A stretch of DNA of 64,000 nt from assembly GCA_002269645.1 (NCBI GenBank), contig NIVC01001294.1:1-64000 (forward strand), read 5' to 3'. Source of the stretch: Macrostomum lignano (taxonomy: Eukaryota). The position numbers and the translations under genes are program-made. The stretch's first letter is position 1. Every line of letters begins with the position of its first letter. This document shows, piece after piece, positions 57,858 to 64,000 of this stretch. The notes under the pieces were generated by a model that saw only the letters and a list, made by a program, of their open reading frames with translations, was not told the origin of the DNA and ran no database searches.

Positions 57858-58397
57858 TAGGGATTACAATCCCAGGATCCTAGGATCCTGAAATCCTAAG
57901 ATTGGGCCTACGATTTCTAGTCCCAGGATTTGGGGTCCTAAATCCCAGGATTATTTTTTGTCATTAAGCCGTTAAGCATTATAATATAAACATAATTGGG
58001 CCTACAACTAGTTTATTATGCTGCCCTAATTTCCATTAAAGTTCTTTATGTTGCATGGTACCTTTTTAAACCCCATGGCCTATATAATAAATTAAAATAT
58101 GAAATTTATTCCTACATAAATTTTGATATATGATTAGCTTTTTTACTACTAATTAGTACTTTTATATTAATTTCTTAAATATGCCACAAGATAATGTTGT
58201 TTCTCATCTACAAAAGGATCTTTCTCTTTATAACAATCAAAAATAGAAGCAAAAATATGTTTAATGAACATTTTGCCTTGAAATTTTAACCCAAAAGCTT
58301 AAAAATCTATATATTTTTCAAAATTTAACCCAAAATTCTGGCTAAATTCTGGGATTAAATCCTGAGATTGCAAAAAACCAGGATTTTGCCATCCTTA
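57858..58397. mobile_element. Eroded hAT-type MITE related to 33591-34454
   Basis: Perfect 8-bp TSD GCTAAGAC (57850-57857 and 58398-58405); ends TAGGGATT...CATCCTTA; subterminal CCCAGGAT/CCTAGGAT motifs. Confidence 0.82.
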
Positions 58398-60377
58398 GCT
58401 AAGACAGTCAAAGAACAAAATCTTTTTAAAACTTAGATCTTATTTAGTATATTGATTTGATTTTTTCCTTGGTCTATACCTATAGAGTATAAAGTTCTAT
58501 ATTGCAAGTATTATATTTATTTGGAATTGCTATAAATAAAAAACTAGATTAAAATAAGGCCTATAAAGTACTAGTAAGGTCTACTAGAAAGCAATAGAAG
58601 ACTTTATTTATTATTAGGCCTAGTAAAGTCTTAAGATATAATGTTAGAATATAGATATTTTCAATAAAATATATGGCTAGGCCCTATCCTGCAGAATCAT
58701 TCATTAAATTCATTGTACGCACATTTTTTAGCTATTAGGGCCTAACATGAAACTTGCCAAAAATGAATACTTTTATTATCCCAATGTTTTAGAAGTGTTT
58801 TGGCATTAAAATAAAAATAGATTAGATTAGATTAGCTTTTATGTTAATTAAATCTGAGGCCTATTTTAATCAAATTAAATATAGAATTTAGGCTTTGCTA
58901 GGAGTTAGTCATTTACGACATTTAATAGGCCTAACTGTATATTAGGGCACCTAAAATTCTAAAAAAGCCTTTACAAATATATCAGGATAAAAACTTAAAA
59001 GATAACTAAATAACACGTTATTTAAAGTATTAGTTTAAAAATAGATAATTTTTTATCTACGAATAGGGCCTATGTTCTATGGCCATGGGCCGCCATGCCC
59101 ATGATGAGAATATGCTATGGTTCTCACGGATTATATTGATCGTTTGTTTGCTGTGTCACCTGTGTGGGTGAGTTTAGACTTAAGTTTTCTTTATTATTTT
59201 ATTTTTACTGATGACTTGGTGTCTGGGGCGTATAGGAGTGTAGCCTTAAATTACGTAAGGGTACAAGCCTACAAGGCCTATTTAATTTTTCAAAATTACG
59301 TTGTAAGCGTTGATATTAATTTACAAGTGTTGGACCGTTGATGCGGCATTCAAACACAAGAACAAGAGTTGGACATAGGCGCCGTATCGGATTTTCGGAT
59401 GATAAAATATGATAACAAAAACAAAAGTTTCTACTTTTCGACCTAAGCAACTAAAATGTTTAGATTGTTATACTTAAATATGAAATTCCTGTACCAAATT
59501 TTTGTCTTCAGATATCAAAACAATCGCAGGATTGTTTTTGGCCAAAACATAGCTAACTAAATTCAAATTTTAAACAAGAATGCAAGTTTGTTTGGTTATC
59601 ATCATCAATTGTGCAGCAAGCAAAAAGAGATTCGTAACCAGTTAATAAGTCTAGCCTTAAATGTTACAATCTCTATACAATCTCTAAAAGTATTGCATAA
59701 TTAATTGTATTTATTGTATTATATTTCCCGAATGTCTTAGTCTTATTTGCATTTAAAAAAATAAATTTGCTATAGGGTATAGCCTATTTGCCTATTTCAC
59801 TTTTTTTACTATTCAGAATTTCAGATCAGATGATTATTCCTGTGCTGTAGTGTACTGTATCAGAATATACTAAAAATGAAAATAGTATACTATAAAAAGT
59901 TTAAATTGAATTTTTCTGACAAGAACTGTGTAATTGATAATTTTTAATTGATTTTTTAATTAGGCTTATTTTCCTTCCAAATAAATGTGTCATTTTGATG
60001 ACATAAGGCCTAGGCCTAATGCAAAAAATGCAAGAAGTTAGGCCTAGCCTTAGGCCTAGTTTAGTGTTATGTTTTTTTAATCTAAAAAATGGCATACTAT
60101 ATGAGTGACAATCCTACATTTTTGTTCAATAATTTTTTTTGGCTTAAAATTTGTACTTAGCTTAGCAAACAGTTTTAAGAATTCCCAAAATACATTTTGA
60201 AATAATAAATTATAACCTAATTAAGGAGACCTGATTGCAGCGCATAGGCATTTTGGCAAAAGGCAAGAAGTGGCAGGAGATATAATATTGTATGATAAGT
60301 TAGTTGAAGGCAACAAGAGATGCAATACTAGTTAAATAATATAACATATCAAAGCAAAGAGCTCCCCCCTTAGTCTA

Positions 60378-62612
60378 CTGGGTTGTGCAAAAAAATGTAA
60401 AGCAGTTTTATTATAATAAAATGTAATTATATATTCATTCGTTCAGTTTCTAACTTTCTAAAACAATACAAATGTAACATAATATTTAACAAGTGTGTTC
60501 AATCAATATAGCCACCTTCAACATTGAGGACCTGCTCTACATGACCTTTGAAGCTAGAGCATACCTTGATGATATATTCTTTGTCTATCTTGGCCCAGGC
60601 TAAATTAGGCCTAATAGCAGCCTTCAAAATGTCTATATTTGGGTGTCATATAGTGTAGGCCTAGCTAGAGATATGCTACCAGATATTATAATCCAATGGA
60701 TCAATATCTAGACTCTATGGCAGCCAGAAATTTTTTGGCCAGAATTTCATGTAACCCTCCATCCAGTTTTGCACAACATTTGCCATGTATGTAGGTGCCC
60801 TATCCTGCTAAAACAGATAGTTTTCATCTAGGTAGATTCTCCATATCTATTTGTAACAGGCTTTTTGGTTTTATAAAAATCCCAATTGCTGATACCAAAT
60901 TGATGTAAAGGTTACTCCTATCCCTTAAAAAAATCTTAGCAATGTCACCTAGTTGTTACAGGGTTAATTTGCTATGTTTTCCTATTGATATTAATTAATG
61001 TACTTTTACATATATACTTATTTTTATTAATAGCATGACTACTTCTCTCTCTACTTTTGTATAGGTAGCATATATTTATCTATTGGTAGCGTATATATAT
61101 ATATATATGTATTGTACTTTTGGCCTAAGCAGTCTAATGGCACTGTCTATTCTTACTATTGACTCTTATAGAAGTTTTCTCTTAGTCCTGGGCATTCCTA
61201 AGATTAGAAGGTCATCGCCTTTATGTGCTTTTCCTTGCCCTGAGGCAACTTTCCTGCCCTAAGGCAATTCTATTCTTTTAGTGATTTCTTGCCCTGAGGT
61301 GATTCTTGCTTCTAGTGGATCTCTGATATTCCCAATATGGGACTTGATACTTCTAAGAAAAAGAATAAGTCTTTTGAATACTAGTGGTTTTACTACAAGA
61401 ACAATTGTATTAATTATGCTAAGCATAGTGCATAAGCATAATTACCCTATTAATTACCTTATCTCATATTCTAAGATAGCATTTTCCTGATTAGGATTTG
61501 CTTGTAACGTGCTACATCTAGTCTATTGCCTTGGTCAACTACACTGGTGGCATCTTAGTGCCATTTGAAGCAACAATGTCAAGCATCATGATTCATGACT
61601 GATACTAGATGCTTGGTAATGGTGATAGTCAAGGGGGCCATAGCCCAATGGTCTAGCTTAGGCTCTGGTGTGCCAGCAACCCAGGCTCAATTCCAAGTGC
61701 AGTCATATTAATTTGGGGCTGAATTGGAATCTTGGCTTGGCTCTGCTTATGCAATTAACGGCCTTGAGAGCCAACTCCCCAAGGCGCAGTGAAGTGTACA
61801 TGCCTAACAATAAAATAAAGTTAGGGCCACTGTATATTCCTATGTGCTTGTATGCCTGCTTAGGAGAGTTGGCAAATATGCAGTAATGCCTTTCGCTGGT
61901 TGTGTGCCTATGTTGCTTAAAGTGCACCAATGTGCACACAACCCCCCACCTCTAATAAAAAAAGTGATAGTCTGGCTGGCTCTGTCATCAATATTGAAAG
62001 ACACAATGATCATTTTGCCTATTGTACATAGGATTGACTGTGAAATTTTTCTCATCCAAGAAATGGTGACTTGACTAGCTGGAGCATGCTTCAATGAGTT
62101 CAAGAATGCTCTCGCTTACTCATCATATATCCTGCTAAGTTTAGGACAAACTACTCACATTGTTATAAAAAAATTCCACCAGCTCTTTTCACTGCTTGTG
62201 ATATTGTTGACTGACTAACACTGTTCTGCTTGGCCACACTGCTTATGGAGGCAGTTAGATTATCCTCAAATTGATCCTTGATAGCATTCAGGTCAAGTTT
62301 TGCTGGCCAGCCAAATCTTGCACACTTTTCCAAGCTTTCTCTATCAGAAATCAGTTATTTTACTCACCAGACAATCATAGTTGAACATCCAACAAGCTTG
62401 GAGATTTCTTTATTATGCTCTCTGGTGCCAACTAAGAATTCAATCTGTTTTTTCTTAGACATTTCATAAAGCTGGAAGTGAATTGAGTCAAGAGTGGTAT
62501 CAATTGAGAGCTTATATGGCATTCTTTAGGCAATGTCAGATTCTAATAGTTCTGAGAAATACCCTTCATATTAACAAACATTTTCTAACATTATATTTTT
62601 TGCATAGCCTGG
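60378..62612 (-). mobile_element. Full-length Tc1/mariner of maT (DD37D)-like type, hypermutated, with nested insertions
   Basis: TA on both flanks; TIRs CTGGGTTGTGCAAAAAA and CCAGGCTATGCAAAAAA; ATG at 62462, stop at 60499. HTH region; FLDEKNFTV..NRQND; TKHLVSVM...VASNG.KMPPV; F*QDRAP...WLP*SLDIDPLDY; GGYID. Interrupted by a SINE and by repeats at ~60840-61430. Confidence 0.9.
61631..61963 (+). mobile_element. tRNA-derived SINE inserted in the maT transposase
   Basis: GGGGCCATAGCCCAATGG A box, eroded B box GGCTCAATTCC, AATAAAAAAA tail, 9-bp TSD GTGATAGTC (61622-61630 and 61964-61972). Confidence 0.88.
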
Positions 62613-63487
62613 TATATATAATCCTTTCTTAGGTGCCACTGCAATGTAGTTGGGGTAGATATCTTGTGCACCTAAGCCACTTGCTGCAATAGAGTAAGCC
62701 ATAGTCCCAAGTATTCACCATGCATATGAGATTTCTTTGCTCTATACATTGAATGCAGGCCATAGTTTGAATCATATATTAGTGTATGTCAGGTTTAATG
62801 CCAGAAAAATGATGAGACCTCATTTGTATACCAGGTTTGTGTACCAATACAAAAATATCTCATTTGACACAATGTATCCACTATGTCATATACGCCAGGA
62901 TATCATATGCTAAAAATGGTAAGACCCTTGTTGTATACGAGGAAATCCCGGTATATATTTTGCCTTCTAAACTATGGCACATGGGAAGGTTGGATCAAAT
63001 CCAATGAGTGTGCATTTTAGTAATAACACATTATCTATATGTCTTACAGTTTAAAAACAATACTCACTTCAAAAATAACAACTAACACATCATGTTTTAA
63101 ACTATTAAAAATTTTCTATGTGGCATAGCTAGGCCTACTGCAAAGCTCTGACTATGGTGCCATGCATTTTTACCTTTTTATATGTAGTGCTATTGCGTAA
63201 GCATGCCAAAAAATGTTGCAAACTCCTTGATGCACACAATGCATGCAGTATTAGACTGCTTAGGACCTTGTTGCATGTGAGAATTTCTACTAAAAACAGT
63301 ATCTTTAGGAGTATAGAGAGTAAAAAGGTAGTGCTTATCCTTTAGTAGGAATAATTTCTTTTTTATTCTTATAGTACTATGGTAATATAGTAGTCTGCCA
63401 TATTAGTGTGCCATGTAGATAAGCAAAAATTATTCCCTTAGTACTGTATAAATAAGACAAAATTTATTCTTATAATATAATACTAAA

Positions 63488-63844
63488 AGGGGGCCGTAGC
63501 CCAGCAGTCTAGCACAGGCTCTGGTGTGCCAGCAACCTAGGCTTGATTCCAAGTGCAGTCACATTAATTTGGGGCTGAATTGGAATCTTGGCTTGGCTCT
63601 GCTCGTGCAATTAATGGCCTTGAGAGCACCCCCCAAGGCATAGTAAAGTGTATATGCCTAACGATAAAATAAAGGTAGGGCTGCTATATATTCCTGTATG
63701 AGTGTGTGCCTGCGTATGTATCCGCGCACTTGTATGCCTGCTCAGGGGAGTTGGCGGAATGGGCAGCAATGCCTCTTGCTAGTTATATGTTGATGTTGCT
63801 TAAAGTGTGCCATGGTACATACAACCCCTTGCCTCTAATAAAAA
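63488..63844 (+). mobile_element. Second copy of the same tRNA-derived SINE
   Basis: Colinear with 61631-61963; 11-bp TSD ATAATACTAAA (63477-63487 and 63845-63855). Confidence 0.88.
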
Positions 63845-64000
63845 ATAATACTAAAGGAGATAAGCACTGCAATTAAAGAAGAATAAACTATAAACTAGAT
63901 CAATAATAATTAAATAGTACTTGTCAGTCAAAGTAAAAAAAACAATTAGCAAAGTGGATAATAGTATACTTACTAAAAGAAGAGTCTTAAAGTTGAACCC

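Noticed and set aside
62358-62384. GTGAGT...AG 27-nt mini-intron in the maT transposase
   Set aside because: It reads in frame as W-R-V-K-Q-L-I-S-D once two C>T stops are reverted, so no intron is needed.

Overview
Eukaryotic (metazoan, invertebrate) genomic DNA with spliceosomal introns; no prokaryotic features or CRISPR arrays. GC-rich exons, short introns and AT-rich repeat-dense spacers would fit a flatworm such as Macrostomum, but the taxon is an unverified inference. Host genes reconstructed by eye: a PAN/apple + fibrinogen-C protein (21545-22706 +), a 5-exon innexin (23446-26699 -), a 3-exon hypothetical protein (27564-29189 -), cytochrome b5 (35572-39815 -), a catalytically degenerate Mab-21/cGAS-like protein (42035-43922 -) and the last two exons of YLPM1 (51167-55498 -). 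Most of the remainder is transposon-derived: a frameshifted Mutator/NOF-like transposase running into a 30-bp array, a Penelope fragment with a hammerhead motif, an RTE-like LINE, a young RT-less Gypsy element, a Merlin, a DD37D-like Tc1/mariner, a CCCAG-ended 3.2-kb element, hAT-type and TA-target MITEs, tRNA-derived SINEs and three minisatellites. Two patterns stand out. (1) Some regions show directional C-to-T erosion at both CpG and CpA, turning CG into TA, which resembles fungal RIP. (2) TA-NNNN-TA palindromes (TACATGTA, TACCGGTA, TAGGCCTA) are abundant; two appear as exact 6-bp insertions in satellite units and match the termini of TA-target elements in the same window, so they look like excision footprints. 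All coordinates, alignments and family calls were made by eye, with no database search.
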